A DNA stretch of 63,521 nucleotides, filler included, from Hausera hauseri (taxonomy: Eukaryota): NCBI GenBank assembly GCA_046269625.1. It is 11 parts of 11 records of this genome, joined end to end, with 100 filler letters (N's around TTAATTAATTAA, not from the genome) between each part and the next. Parts side by side here need not be neighbours in the genome. Positions count along the whole stretch, not along the records: positions 31,431 to 37,590 come from JBJURY010132428.1; positions 37,691 to 43,442 come from JBJURY010194748.1; positions 43,543 to 48,623 come from JBJURY010342045.1; positions 48,724 to 53,745 come from JBJURY010358932.1; 7 more parts are not named here. One strand, given 5' to 3'. The position numbers and the translations under genes are program-made. Below are positions 37,550-50,000 of this stretch, one piece after another. How positions within the stretch are numbered: the first letter of the stretch is position 1; every line of letters starts with the position of its first letter. Under the pieces are notes generated by a model. It worked only from the letters and a program-made list of their open reading frames with translations, did no database searches and had not been told where the DNA came from.

Positions 37550-40500
37550 AGTAATCTGATGATTTATTCCTTAGTACATTACATTCATACNNNNNNNNNN
37601 NNNNNNNNNNNNNNNNNNNNNNNNNNNNNNNNNNTTAATTAATTAANNNNNNNNNNNNNNNNNNNNNNNNNNNNNNNNNNNNNNNNNNNNAAGAAACAAC
37701 GAATATTACGAGACCGGTTCTTCAGAGTATCCACAGCCAGATGATGCACATCAGGTAAAATGCTTATGCATAGAAAATAATCAATAATAATAATATTAAC
37801 TATGCTAATTATTAACAATAATAATTATATTTATACTTTTTTAATACCAAGCTTTCGCCTTTGAAATATTGTTATTATAATTGTTATTAAAAATACCTTC
37901 CTTTATGTACCACGGCGAAACAAATGACCTTATTCTCATGAGCATCCAGCGTCTTTCATGATATAGAGAAATATATTTTATGCGTTATTACACTTATTAC
38001 ACAAAATCCTAACCCCAAATCCATTTAAATAAATTACTACAATCTAAACTAGACTTTATCAATTTATTCGTGAAATGATAAATTTGACGAATTTTCGCGA
38101 TTTCTCCTAAATTCACGGCGCATTTATTTAGTCATATCCGTTTCTTTTAGATACTGATTCAGTTGTTTTACAACATTCTTATGATCTTGACGTCGGAGAG
38201 AATTCCATAGAATGCATTTTTATATCTCATTGGGTGTATTCCCAATGATTTTTACATAATAAAGTATAAAGTAAAATGTTTCTTCATGGTAATCGATATA
38301 TCCTATATGTTCAATAATATATAGATTTTGAAGGAAAAATGGGTAAATTGAGCAAGATCTGTAGATAAATCAAGGCATTAATCACATTTTACCTTGGACA
38401 TTCACTAACTATCCAACGCCAAATTTACTAAGACTGTCGGAAAATTGATCAATTTCCTCTAACCTAAAATAAATAAAATCCCATTATCTAAAATAAACAT
38501 GCCAATTTCGAACCGAATGGTAAACAATCGTCCTGAATTACAAATAAATATGAGTTGGACAATAAAACAATTACTGATATTTGACGATCTATTTTACTGA
38601 TCTTTTGATTGGGTATCCTGTAAATAAAGAAATCGTCTTGTGTTATTTTGGGTAAAAGTGGTGTTTATTTTTCTAGAATGGTGCATTATTGTATTTATTT
38701 AACATGTGAAATTTTACTATAAATATGGTGACTGTTCATTGTAAAGACAAGAAAAATTTCTCCTTTGCTGATTACTATTACATTCATACTTATTGCGTGA
38801 TTACGTAAGTGTTATTTTAAGTTGTATTGTTAACGTTGGTAATCGTGTTATATATTTTTGTTGTTATCGTTTCATGACCCATTATTTTGAATTTATTGAT
38901 TTTAATATATCGTATTTGTCTTAACATTGTTATCATCTCTAATTAAAGAAAGTAATTAAATAACTCCTCACTAATTGGTTACAAGCCGTCCAGGTCAACC
39001 CTACCTGACGGCGTCCTCTCTAACATTAAATAATTTGAGAGTCAAGTAAAACCTTAGAAAGTAATTGTTTAACCGCTGCCCTTGAGGCCACTTTGACCGC
39101 ACATATTACCCATAAGCTAGTGCTAGGTAAGATTCTTGACTCTGTCTCGCCCCATTTATATCGTATAAAGCATTTAAAAGACACAACGACGAAATATTGT
39201 TCCCCCACTGATTTGATCTGATTTTAAAATTAAAAGTCTCTCCCAACACAAATCGGTGAGGATTGAACAAAATTTATGGCAAAATTTTATATAATTCGAA
39301 TTTAAAAACGTATGTCTCATAAGAAGTCTTATATTCAAAGCTATATCACTGATTTATTTTATGTTAGGAATACAAATCTTGGACGCTGAAATTTAGTTTC
39401 AGAAAGCAATTTTTATAATTGTTTACTATATTGTTCATTTTTTTGTTTTAATATTTCAAAAATTCATTTTAACTTTAATTATAATTAACATAGTTTATTG
39501 GTTCGAAAACAATATTACCAGTTTTATAAACATTGGTAGATACTTGTAAATGATGCTTAATTCGTTTTATGTTAGCCTGTAACATTATTTTCTTGGCTTC
39601 CTGATGTGTGATAATTAATATTAATGTACCACATTAGATTTTTGTCATTTACTATTCTACTTTGAAGTATTATCTACGATAGTAAAGTTAATAATTCTCA
39701 GTTATATTTCAATAAACCATATGAAACTGAAGAAACGTTAAAGATCTCGAAGAGATTTATAAGGATAAAAAAATTGTCGAAGGTTATGTGTTGTTACTAA
39801 AAAGTGTATTTGTGTAAAACTACTCAAACATGGTAGAAATCTAAACGTCGGAATAGTTGTCGATTATGGCGATAAATTAAGCGACGAATACACAATTCAA
39901 CCTGACCAAGATGATATAGAATTGCTTGAGTATGGTATTCAGTATAACGACACTATACAAATGGAAATAGACAACCACAATGTTATTAAAGGTACGGTTA
40001 ATTACAACTATTAATATTTCGATTAACGGTGAGAGTTGCATTGACTATATATTAATATATGTTTGTTAATATCTGTGAATCATTATTGGACCAAGTGTTT
40101 AAAGGTGGGCGTGGTTCCCGGGAAGGAGCACTCCGAAATCAATGGCTAGAAATGTGAAAAAATTTGATATAAATATTATTTTGAATTATAGAAAATTTAA
40201 CAACAATAAAAATTGTGAACCGATTAATGAACTCTATAAACTTAGATATAATATGAAAATTGAGGTTGATACTTTCTTGTTTTATAGACAGTTTTCTTGT
40301 ATAGCATGGTTAATCAAAAAGGCTTACGAAATACACAGAACAATTTGGTTGAGTTAATAAAAGTAATTAAGAAGAAATGGATAATTATATTCAGTAAATT
40401 AATTTATTTCATTAAAATCTTGAATTGTGAACGAATTGTAAATATTCAAAGGGAAAATGATTTGAAAAGCACATTTTGAAGAGTACAAACTAAAAGAAAT

Positions 40501-40653
40501 CTGCAATTAACTTTTTATTGTTTTACTTAAAAATGACAAAAAACTAGGCGAGGAGCCCATGAAATCTACCAAAATAATTTTATCACTATGAATATGATAT
40601 TTTTAACAAAACGAATCAAAATAATTATGCAGGAAAATGACAAGTCCACATGA

Positions 40654-41433
40654 TCAGTAATCATTTACACTAACGTAAATATTTGCATTATTATAAATGG
40701 CCCACATTTCTATTGAATTGGCTAGACGCATTGTAGTAATGGTACTATAAGGATTGATGTAGCCAATAATTGGTGTGCCAGTTACATTTGGGAAATACTC
40801 ATAACGACACGAATCTGCACTCACGAAGGCACCCATGTAACCTGTATCACTATAACAACTACTCCACTGTACTGAAATGTAAATTTGACGATTGGCCAAT
40901 CCAACAATTGAAAATACGTTGTACGATGCTCCGGTTAATTGATTCAAACTCCATGGAAATGAATTTGTTAATCTTGATGGTTGGAACCATGACTCCGTTG
41001 TATCACCAGAATTCACCTGAAATTGAAGATTAACGACAATACTGCCATTGTTATCCTTCATCATGACATTTATCAATGATGGCGTCATTTGATTCCAGTA
41101 TTCCCATAAACGACTTTTATAATTGAAACCAACTTTTGGATTAACAAATCTGTTATCTCTTGAACTATTGAACACACTGTACGCATCAACACCCCCTCCT
41201 GCAACAACTCGATAAATTAAAACATTACTTGCATTTTGATAGATTTTAACTGAGTTATTATTTAGGAATGTTTCACTACTGATGATGCATTTGCCATTTT
41301 GTATGATAAACTGTAATGCCTGACTCACCAATGCATTGAATGCACAAGATTGTGCGACTGTATCTGATACATTTGTTTGAACTAGCCATACGAATATAAA
41401 ATAAGAAATTTCGGTAAATTTGAAAATAGGCAT
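40654..41433 (-). CDS. Secreted protein, 259 aa, invertebrate family of unknown function
   Basis: Intact intronless ORF with N-terminal hydrophobic signal. ESWFQPSRL..S.PW...YNVFSIVG...RQIYI.....C.SDTGY motif resembles domains common in annelid/mollusc proteins (recalled, not searched). Confidence 0.7.
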   Translation of the reverse strand: MPIFKFTEISYFIFVWLVQTNVSDTVAQSCAFNALVSQALQFIIQNGKCIISSETFLNNNSVKIYQNASNVLIYRVVAGGGVDAYSVFNSSRDNRFVNPKVGFNYKSRLWEYWNQMTPSLINVMMKDNNGSIVVNLQFQVNSGDTTESWFQPSRLTNSFPWSLNQLTGASYNVFSIVGLANRQIYISVQWSSCYSDTGYMGAFVSADSCRYEYFPNVTGTPIIGYINPYSTITTMRLANSIEMWAIYNNANIYVSVNDY

Positions 41434-42128
41434 TGCTATAGCTTACCAATTTCAATGTGCTTTTATAATAATTGTAAAATTTCTGTTGCTTAGTAGATAT
41501 ATAATATCCGTCACCAATACGAGAAAACATTTAATACCATTGCGTGATTAATGGAAACAATTAGTTTTCAACAATAAGCTTTGAGATTGGTTCCAGCGAT
41601 ATTTTTTAATATTATTTATTGTTACTATTTAGTAAACGGTATTACAAGTTAATGTTTTACGCACTGTCCAAAACCAATTTAAGAAAATTTAGTGGAAAGT
41701 TTTAATTGTTTAAATTTTTCAAACAAGAATATATTGAATGAAGGTAAATTTCAGAGTGATTATGGGAGGTACCCAATCAGTAACGGTAACTATTGATTTA
41801 ACCTGCACAAATGAACCTGATTAATAATGTGAAAACAATTTTTGTAAACAAAGCTAAGACTATGCAGTGTGTGTTTCTAAATGTAACGTCATTTTGCACT
41901 TCTTCAATTTTCTCTAACATGAATAAGATTTTTTAAGTTTTATAAAATTTTCATTTCTTTTTTCAACAAATATTTTACTGAAGTCGGATTTCAAATTTGT
42001 CGTTCATGTTATGTCAACGTACAATGTATTCGTGTAATTATAACATCAAGAAAACACAAATAGTCAAATATTAATGATTGAAGAAGGGGCAAAAACTTTG
42101 TTAATTCGCAAAAGTCCTCTGCATGTTA

Positions 42129-42149
42129 GGGGAATAATTGAACAAGTGC
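42129..42149 (+). repeat. Terminal-repeat-like motif GGGRATAATTGAACAAGTGC of a DNA transposon/MITE family
   Basis: Near-identical copy at 49561-49586 and a degenerate inverted copy at 41890-41914. Confidence 0.5.
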
Positions 42150-43556
42150 GAATGAATTAACATTTAAAAAGTAATATTGTAAACTTTTTTATATTATTAA
42201 TCAGTATAAAATTCTCCTATTGTTCCTAGCAAGTATTTGTAAAATTCCGTGAATAACTACAATATAAGTAGGTTGAAGTGTCCTTTCCTAACCTCTTCCC
42301 AAAAAATGCTTAGATCGACCTGAAAACCAATTTTCCCCACCTATCTCGAAATTCTGAGCATTTCATATCTGATGGTCGGAGACCCCCTCTAGGCACGGAA
42401 GAAGGTCGGGCAATAGACTTTGGACCGAGACCAATGGGTCGAGCCGGACAAGGCGAACAAAAGTCAACAGCGCCGCAAAGCGGAAAAATGTAACCCGGCG
42501 GCACAAGAGGCGGAAGAAGATAAACGAGCAATGTGCAACTGGCAACGCAACACATGTTGCTTGTATACCAAAATTTTGTACAGAGGTAAAATTGATGTTG
42601 GCAAGTCGATTAGACACGGTTTCGTCGTCGTTCGACCAAAGGAACATGGGAAACACTTATTGGTAAAATTTCCCTCGGGTAAAATTTCTCCCTCTTCAAG
42701 TCTGCCGGTGATGGAAATTTGTCTCGTACATTACCAATAAGTTGTGGAAAATTTCATATAATAACCAGATCAGAACAACGGATCCGTGTGAAAAATGCAA
42801 CCGAAAAACGAATCGAAACGCATTGTTAAAAAGAAATCAAAATCATCATCGTTATTATCGTTGTAAATGCGTTCGTTTTGTAGAAAAATCGTGAATTTTA
42901 TTTTCTACGACAATTACGACGACGACGCTTAAAACCGAACGGCGGTTTACGATCGCACAAATTACCACGGGCTCATAATTGAGTACTACTACTACTCACA
43001 AGGAGAATGATTGTGATCAAAAGTGAAATGGTGCTTGTAATGGTGGCACCGAGACCGTCTGTCTACAAACTAATGAGTACTACCAAATGTGTAACAGTGA
43101 TACTGAAATAAAATGGTGAAGCTCGCATTAATGAAAATATCATATTATTTCTCATAATTTGTTCGCTCTTTAGTCTAAAGTTCATTCCCGAAATATTGGA
43201 CATTTGTAGTCGAGACTGTGTTGTATTTTTTGGAAGCACTGTTTTCAAAATCAACCATTTGTGTCATTAAATTATGACCACTACACACACAAACATATAA
43301 AACACCATGGCACTTATTTTACCGTCATTTCAAAAATTTGCGACAATCGAAGATGGATCACCCAGTGAAGGTTCGTTTTTTTTTCTTTTAATATTTTTTT
43401 ATATTACTATTTTATTATTAATTTTTATATTTTATTAATTTTNNNNNNNNNNNNNNNNNNNNNNNNNNNNNNNNNNNNNNNNNNNNTTAATTAATTAANN
43501 NNNNNNNNNNNNNNNNNNNNNNNNNNNNNNNNNNNNNNNNNNAAGCTGGATCTCAC

Positions 43557-43650
43557 CTCACGAAACATGAACACGTTACCAAATAATGGAACTGGCTTTG
43601 GATGTTTGATTCCAAACCGAGAGAGGACGGAGAAAGGATAGACTGAATAC
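43557..43650 (-). CDS. TBXAS1: Cytochrome P450 clan-3 exon 2, thromboxane synthase (CYP5A)-like, teleost-like
   Basis: 94-nt exon with polypyrimidine-CAG acceptor and GTGAG donor. (W)YSVYPFSVLSRFGIKHPKPVPLFGNVFMFRE vs human [31 protein letters not shown]; size and phase as vertebrate CYP3A/CYP5A exon 2. Confidence 0.75.
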
Positions 43651-44424
43651 CTGCAGAAAGAAATGGAAGAAAATGTGTACTTTTTTCTTCTCACAGTGAA
43701 GTGGCAGTTGTATTTTTTAACGTGAGAAGCCTTTTAAAGATGCTGTTTAATTACTTAAATGATCCTTTAAAACTTTTCGATGATCTTCGCGGGATTGTAA
43801 ATGGCCTTTAGTACCTTAAAATGCCTTTTATACTTTTAAATGCTCTTTGAATATATTTAAATGACCTTTTTGGACTTTAAATTTCAAAAAGGTGACTTAA
43901 AAGTACAAATATGTCATTTAGTACAGTCCTAAAGGGTCATCATCCTAAAGGTATCATTTATCACTTTTAATACCATTAAAGTACCTTTTAGGACTCTAAC
44001 ACGGCTTTTCGATAACCTAATGTGGCCGTTTAGTATCATTTAATAATTGTTAAAGACCCATAAAAACCTTAACCATCATTATAATCTTATATGACAATGT
44101 AAAATGTTGTACCATGCATCCTCACCAAAATATTCCACACCACAGAAATCTTGAAAGAAAACATTTCCATCCAATCAAAAGATGCCGAAAATTTTAACAT
44201 AGACAGAACATCATTTTTTATTGTTAATCAGTTACAAAAAAAATCTTAAAAATAAAAACAACAAGCAAGACCATAATTCCATTATCAATAATTCCAATTT
44301 AATTTTACAGAAAAATAATTTTTACCAAATATTTTCCAATTACAAATGACGAAAATATACATACACTAACAAAATTAATAAATTAATCACAAATAAAAAC
44401 ATCAAACAAATAAACATAACAAAC

Positions 44425-44685
44425 CTGTAAACGACCATCCAACGTTTTCGGAATTGTAACACAACCGGTTTGTTGAGTTCCATTTGTCGTTACAGCCGTT
44501 ATCAAATTATCCAATTCTTCCGGTTTTTCTTTTAATTTTTTCACTAAACTCTCAATGGCCTTTCGAGAAAAATTCAAATTCTCTCCACCTTGTCGATGAC
44601 ACAGCAGACTGTTGACGATTGACATACAAGCATCATTGGAATTAACGGGAGATGGTGATTGAAGACTCATCAACATTGCCAACAT
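44425..44685 (-). CDS. SMAD4: SMAD4/Medea first coding exon (MH1 N-terminus)
   Basis: [48 protein letters not shown]....[12 protein letters not shown] followed by a GT donor at the conserved intron position. Confidence 0.93.
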
Positions 44686-45507
44686 AAACGATTAGTTCTA
44701 AAATATTTCTTTATTGGGAAAATGAAATAATATTATTGGGAACTGTTGTAATTTACATAAATGTATTATATTAATGCTTTATAAATCAGTAGCAATCTGA
44801 ATACAATTTTTCTCAAGATTCAGTTAGTAGAGCCATCCAAATGAATAAGTAAAACAAGTATCATTTCATATTGACTTGAATAAATTCGTGATCCTTAGAC
44901 TAAAATTTGTAAAAACTAAATTATACTAATTTTTGTTGAGCAGTATTGCATTGTGATTATTCACAAAATGAAAAATTTGAAAATCCCGAATTGATATTCT
45001 GGTTATGTGTATCACTGATAACTAAAATAAGGATGGATATTCATAATATAATAACATCGCATTTAGGAACTTGTTCAATCGGCCTCTTACGTTCAAAATT
45101 AAATATTTTACAACGATTAATATTCGACTAATAGGTTTTGATTAGTAATTCGTCTCTTCTATCCACCGTATAAATATTTTGTTATTAAAAGCGTGCTGTG
45201 TTTCTTTTTTTCGACTTACGTTGGATTCTTATTTAAAAATTCGGCGTTTCTTTTGGTCAGCTCTGTTTGTCTGATATTAATTTTGTACATGAACTTGGTT
45301 ATCGTGCCACTGCTGAAACAAGTATATCAAGTGTTATCACCAATTCGATTACTCTCGATTGCATGTATGCAAAGTCCGATACATGTGACGTTCCATAAAT
45401 CGCATAATTAACGCATTTTGCACTGTACTAGTTTTAAAATAGTTCATGGTTCATATATAAATAATGATGAGATCAGATAATATTTTACTTGTTAATTGTA
45501 TTTCTAA

Positions 45508-46875
45508 ATGACTTCAATAATATCGATTATAGACAGTATTGTACAGATGATAAAGAATTACAATATTGTATTTGTGGACGATGTCGACGACAGTCTGAAA
45601 TGTGTCTATTGCAACAATATTCTGAATGATGCAGTCCAGAATACATGTGGATGTCGAATGTGTTTGAAATGTATCCAAGAATTCATCGAAATCAACAAAG
45701 AATCCGACATGAATTGTCCCAGCGGATTGTCAGATTGTGACGGTCAAGTAGCAATTTCAGAGACGGAAATATTCTGCGACAATGCCGTCAACAAAATCAT
45801 ATCAACTCTAACAGTCAATTGTCCATTTGAACAATGCTCATTTCAATGTCAGTTGAAAGATTTGATGAGTCACATGGAGATTTGTGAATATCGAATTATT
45901 TCATGTGAAAAATGTTTACAGTCATTTGTTGTCAGCAATTTAGAGATGCACGACAAAGAACAATGCATAATGAGACAAGTGAAATGTGAATCGTGTGGTA
46001 AAAGTTTATCATTGGATGAATACGAAAATATTCATAGAAATATTGGCGCACCAGAATTATGTTCCATGTTCATTGATTACTGTCCAAATAAATGTCATGT
46101 TGATGGTCCAGTGAATTTGTTCCTTCATCGAAATGATTGTCCAAATAGAATGAAATGTCCCATTCACAGTTATGACTGTAATTTCAAGGAGATGTCGACA
46201 ACAGAAAGGATATATCACATAACAGAACAATACCAAATGGAAATTGCTAGTCTAATGAAACATGTCAATGAATTAGAAAATGAAGTGAAGCAATCGCGAC
46301 AATTTGAAATGGAGTTCAATCAATTTAAAGAACAGACAAATGCCGCATTGAATGAATTAAGAAACAAATTGAACATAAACAACAGTACGATAACTGCGGG
46401 TGGCATAAGAACTCAAACATGTTCTGGAAGTTTTGTATGGAAAATTGACAATTTTTCCTCACGACTAGTTGATGCCAAACAAGGGAATAATTTGTGGATG
46501 ACAAGTGATCCATTTTATTTGAAACCATTTGGATATAGAATGTGTTTGAAAATCTATCCGAATGGTGATGGGGTAGGAGAGGCCAGTCATTTGTCAGTGT
46601 ATTTTGCATTGATGAAAGGTAAATATGACGACATTTTACAGTGGCCATTTCAACAGAAACTCACAGTGAGTCTTGTTAACCAAACACATTTTGGTAATGA
46701 TTATCGACATCATTTCAAACCAAAATCAAATTCCATTTGTTACCAGAGACCAACTGATGAGTACAATGTGGCATCTGGTTCTCCAAATTTTATCTCTTTG
46801 GTTGATATGATGTCAAATCCTGGTTACTACAGAAACGATACAATTATTCTCAAACTGGATCTTTTTGATGTTTAA
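45508..46875 (+). CDS. TNF receptor-associated factor (TRAF family), intronless: RING - TRAF zinc fingers - coiled coil - MATH
   Basis: CVYC...QNTCGCRMCLKC...CP RING; VNCPFEQC...HMEIC zinc fingers; FVWKIDNF...SDPFY...GYRMCLKIYPNGDG.G..SHLSVYF.LMKGKYDDILQWPF MATH domain; intact 455 aa. Confidence 0.95.
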   Translation: MTSIISIIDSIVQMIKNYNIVFVDDVDDSLKCVYCNNILNDAVQNTCGCRMCLKCIQEFIEINKESDMNCPSGLSDCDGQVAISETEIFCDNAVNKIISTLTVNCPFEQCSFQCQLKDLMSHMEICEYRIISCEKCLQSFVVSNLEMHDKEQCIMRQVKCESCGKSLSLDEYENIHRNIGAPELCSMFIDYCPNKCHVDGPVNLFLHRNDCPNRMKCPIHSYDCNFKEMSTTERIYHITEQYQMEIASLMKHVNELENEVKQSRQFEMEFNQFKEQTNAALNELRNKLNINNSTITAGGIRTQTCSGSFVWKIDNFSSRLVDAKQGNNLWMTSDPFYLKPFGYRMCLKIYPNGDGVGEASHLSVYFALMKGKYDDILQWPFQQKLTVSLVNQTHFGNDYRHHFKPKSNSICYQRPTDEYNVASGSPNFISLVDMMSNPGYYRNDTIILKLDLFDV

Positions 46876-47105
46876 CTGAATATCATTTTTTCGTAAGATT
46901 TTTCTCAGAAATGTACTATTTTTTGAAATATTTTCTGTTGTTTTCAATTAATACATTTTTATGAAATTTGACTTTTTAAGGTTTATTATTTATGATCTGT
47001 AATTGAATAATATTGACAAATTATTGACTAAATTAAAATTCAAAATGCAATATGCGGTAAAAGTCTGATCACCTGTCATCCTTTATAAGAAAGCCAAACA
47101 AGACA

Positions 47106-47285
47106 AGTAGATGAAAAACCAGTTTTTGACTGGAAGGATCAGAACTCGCTGTCACGTGATTTTCAGCCAATCATTGTTTTTCAAATATTTTCAGAAACTG
47201 AAGACCACATCTACTTAAGATAAACTATCGTTACTAATAGCGGGGGTGGAATCCCTCCTGCCAAAAAGTGGTTTTTACATCTACT
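47106..47285. repeat. ~180-bp MITE-like element with ~45-bp imperfect inverted repeats AGTAGATG...CATCTACT
   Basis: AGTAGATGAAAAACCAGTTTTTGACTGGAAGGAT vs reverse complement of right end AGTAGATGTAAAAACCACTTTTTGGCAGGAGGGAT; no clear TSD. Confidence 0.6.
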
Positions 47286-47340
47286 CATAACATTAAAATA
47301 AAAGTTATCAGTTTCATTAATAATAAATTGGATATAATAA

Positions 47341-47562
47341 ATGGCAACAAATCAAGCACCCGAAAATAATTCGTATTGCGAAATTTGCGGAATTCAATTC
47401 AATAAACCATCAGGATTAGAAAGACATTTAAAATCAGAAAGACATTCAAATAAATCAAATATATTAGAAAATATTCAGGAATGTGAAAGATATCTTGAAA
47501 ATCGAATTCGCAATCAAATTCAAAACCCACCCGAATTTAAAAGTAATGAAAATATTTGTTAA
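47341..47562 (+). CDS. Short ORF with one C2H2 (matrin/U1-like) zinc finger; probably a gene fragment
   Basis: YCEICGIQFNKPSGLERHLKSERH. Confidence 0.55.
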   Translation: MATNQAPENNSYCEICGIQFNKPSGLERHLKSERHSNKSNILENIQECERYLENRIRNQIQNPPEFKSNENIC

Positions 47563-48723
47563 TTCATTTTTAATATTTAAAGAACGATTCTCACCTTAAT
47601 GTTGTAGTCCGTACTTTGTGATCCTCACTAGACTTGAATACCGATATTGACGAAATGTTTGTCAAACTTCCCGAACATGCTAATAATATAAATTTTCTAA
47701 CTCGGTTTTATACAAACAAATAACATCGAATTCTTTTCGTTATTATTATTATGACTATAAGCTGACCCATTTCTGTTATAGTTCTCCACAATTGAATTGT
47801 TATCAACAAATACTCATGGACCGAAACGTTCAATAGAGGTTATATTTTTCGGGATCCCTCTTCACCAACACTCTCATGATTGAGAACGAGAAGCTTGGTT
47901 AGATCGTGTAAAGTAGCTCCGTTCTTGGCATTAGATTTCGATGGGAGAGCCGACATTATGTTGGATGTAATTTGTCGAATGTTTTTCACACGTATAATCA
48001 GAGTATTTTTATTATTAATTGTTTGATTTCTCTTCTCTATCACCGAAATAAGTTTATCAATTCTTACATAACCTCTAGTTATTCTATCACGGTAGTGAAC
48101 ATACAAGAGGGTATCGCGAACCTCAACTATATTCTTCCAAGTCCGAAATGAGATACGTATAAGGTTTGGACCGTTTGGGTTCTTCCTACCTTGCGATTCT
48201 CCAACTATGCTAACCTTTATCCTTTTTTATCGACGGTAGTTTTTATGTTCGTTTAGCGAATATCTGTTATTCGGCTCTTATTTAAATTATTATTATTATT
48301 TGAAAATTCATTATTTCCGTTATGATTTTCAAGATCGTCATAACGAAAATTATAATTGTTATTATGATCAAGTAGGGCCTTAAAATCCCCTATTATAACA
48401 CCCTTGTACAGATCATTTTAAAATTTGTCTATGTGGTTCAATTTGATCTAATATTTTTCTACTTTGTGATCCAAATTTTAGATTTATTTATTAATGGAAA
48501 TATAAACAGCGGAAGTTTAAATAAAATGACCCAAAAGGTGGGTGATGAAACTGATAAGTTTAGAGGTTAAGATTTCTTAGTCTTTCGACCTTAAACTTAT
48601 ACTCTTTACTTCAAAAGCTTGAGNNNNNNNNNNNNNNNNNNNNNNNNNNNNNNNNNNNNNNNNNNNNTTAATTAATTAANNNNNNNNNNNNNNNNNNNNN
48701 NNNNNNNNNNNNNNNNNNNNNNN

Positions 48724-49115
48724 TGTCTTTTGTTTGAAAACCACCGTGGCAAATCTCAAACCCATACTGAAAATTACCGAGGCACGATTATACGTACGTC
48801 ATGTAAAGGTAGAACCATCTGTGCTCATGGGACATCGATTGGGTTTGGAAATGCAAAATGCCTGTTATCCATTACAACGCACAGAACTCGTGTTTTACAC
48901 CATACACAAAGGTTCAACTACGTTTTATAAGGACGCGCTGTTTGGCGATATCCGATTGTCAAAATTTGTGCTTGTTACATTTCAAACAACTACTCAACAA
49001 ACCGGCAGTTATACCACCGATTCTGAAACGTTTACACACAGCAATATATAAATTATATTAGTTTGGGCAAGAATGCGGATTTCTTTGAAACGTATAAGCA
49101 AAATTTCAAGACCGA
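48724..49115 (+). pseudogene. Maverick major capsid protein fragment, copy 3
   Basis: KTTVANLKPILKITEARLYVRHVKVEP...QRTELVFYTI...QQTGSYTTDSETF, highly similar to copies 1 and 2; truncated after NFKT. Confidence 0.9.
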
Positions 49116-50000
49116 TCACAATCTCCGGCATTCAGAATCCATCAACGATTGGCTTGACCAACTTCCACTTCTGCTAGAACAGACCAAGGCTGGATCTCGG
49201 ACACTTTTTGACCGATTATTCCGCTTCGGGCTTTCACCCCAACCCCTTGTATCCAATATCATTCGAACGTCCACCACCCAAACAAAAAATCATCCCATCT
49301 ACTACTGCTTAAATTTTGCTTCTGAAAGAAATCGTTTTTTTTTCTTTTGCATTTCCTGACTTCACCTAGGGTTACACGCACTCGCTGGGTGTACCACTGA
49401 ATTCCATGTACTCGAATTGACCAGAAACCACTCATTGCCTGGCAGCAACTGTTCCATTTCCTGTTTCTTCCCTCCTCTGTACTAGACTCTCTTTTCTTCC
49501 CCTACTAATAATAAAAGAACATTAGTTTTACAGGAGGAACAAAAACTTCTAAACGCAATTGGGGATAATTGAACAAGTGCAAAATGCTGTTCCATTTCGA
49601 AACTTCAATTGCGTCATTTTGACTTCGCTGGCAAAAAATATTTTTCACTTTATTTTGCATGTCTCTCTTACTATTTGTTATAAAAACCCAGATTTATGGT
49701 AAAATTCGTTTCCTTGTTAGATGAATTTTTACGACACAACTACATAAGGAGTTAATTCTTCAAATGCACTGTTTCTATATAATTATAAATAGTTATAAAA
49801 CTAACAAAATGACTTCGTGCAAAATGAGTATGTTGTCATGTGTATTGAGCTTTCTCATTGCTTGGATCTCCCGTAAACTGTTTACTTGTTCCAACCTAAA
49901 TTTTAAACGTCTTCGATAAATATGAATAGAATATTTAAAATAAAGAAGATACGTTCATCGACACATGCAACGTCCAGAAATGAAAGGTTCGCCGATTTAA

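Noticed and set aside
39026-39990. Short ORFs and an exon-like remnant
   Set aside because: No recognisable motifs; disrupted.
42310-42740. GC-richer patch with overlapping short ORFs
   Set aside because: Probably a repeat fragment; no protein family recognised in any frame.
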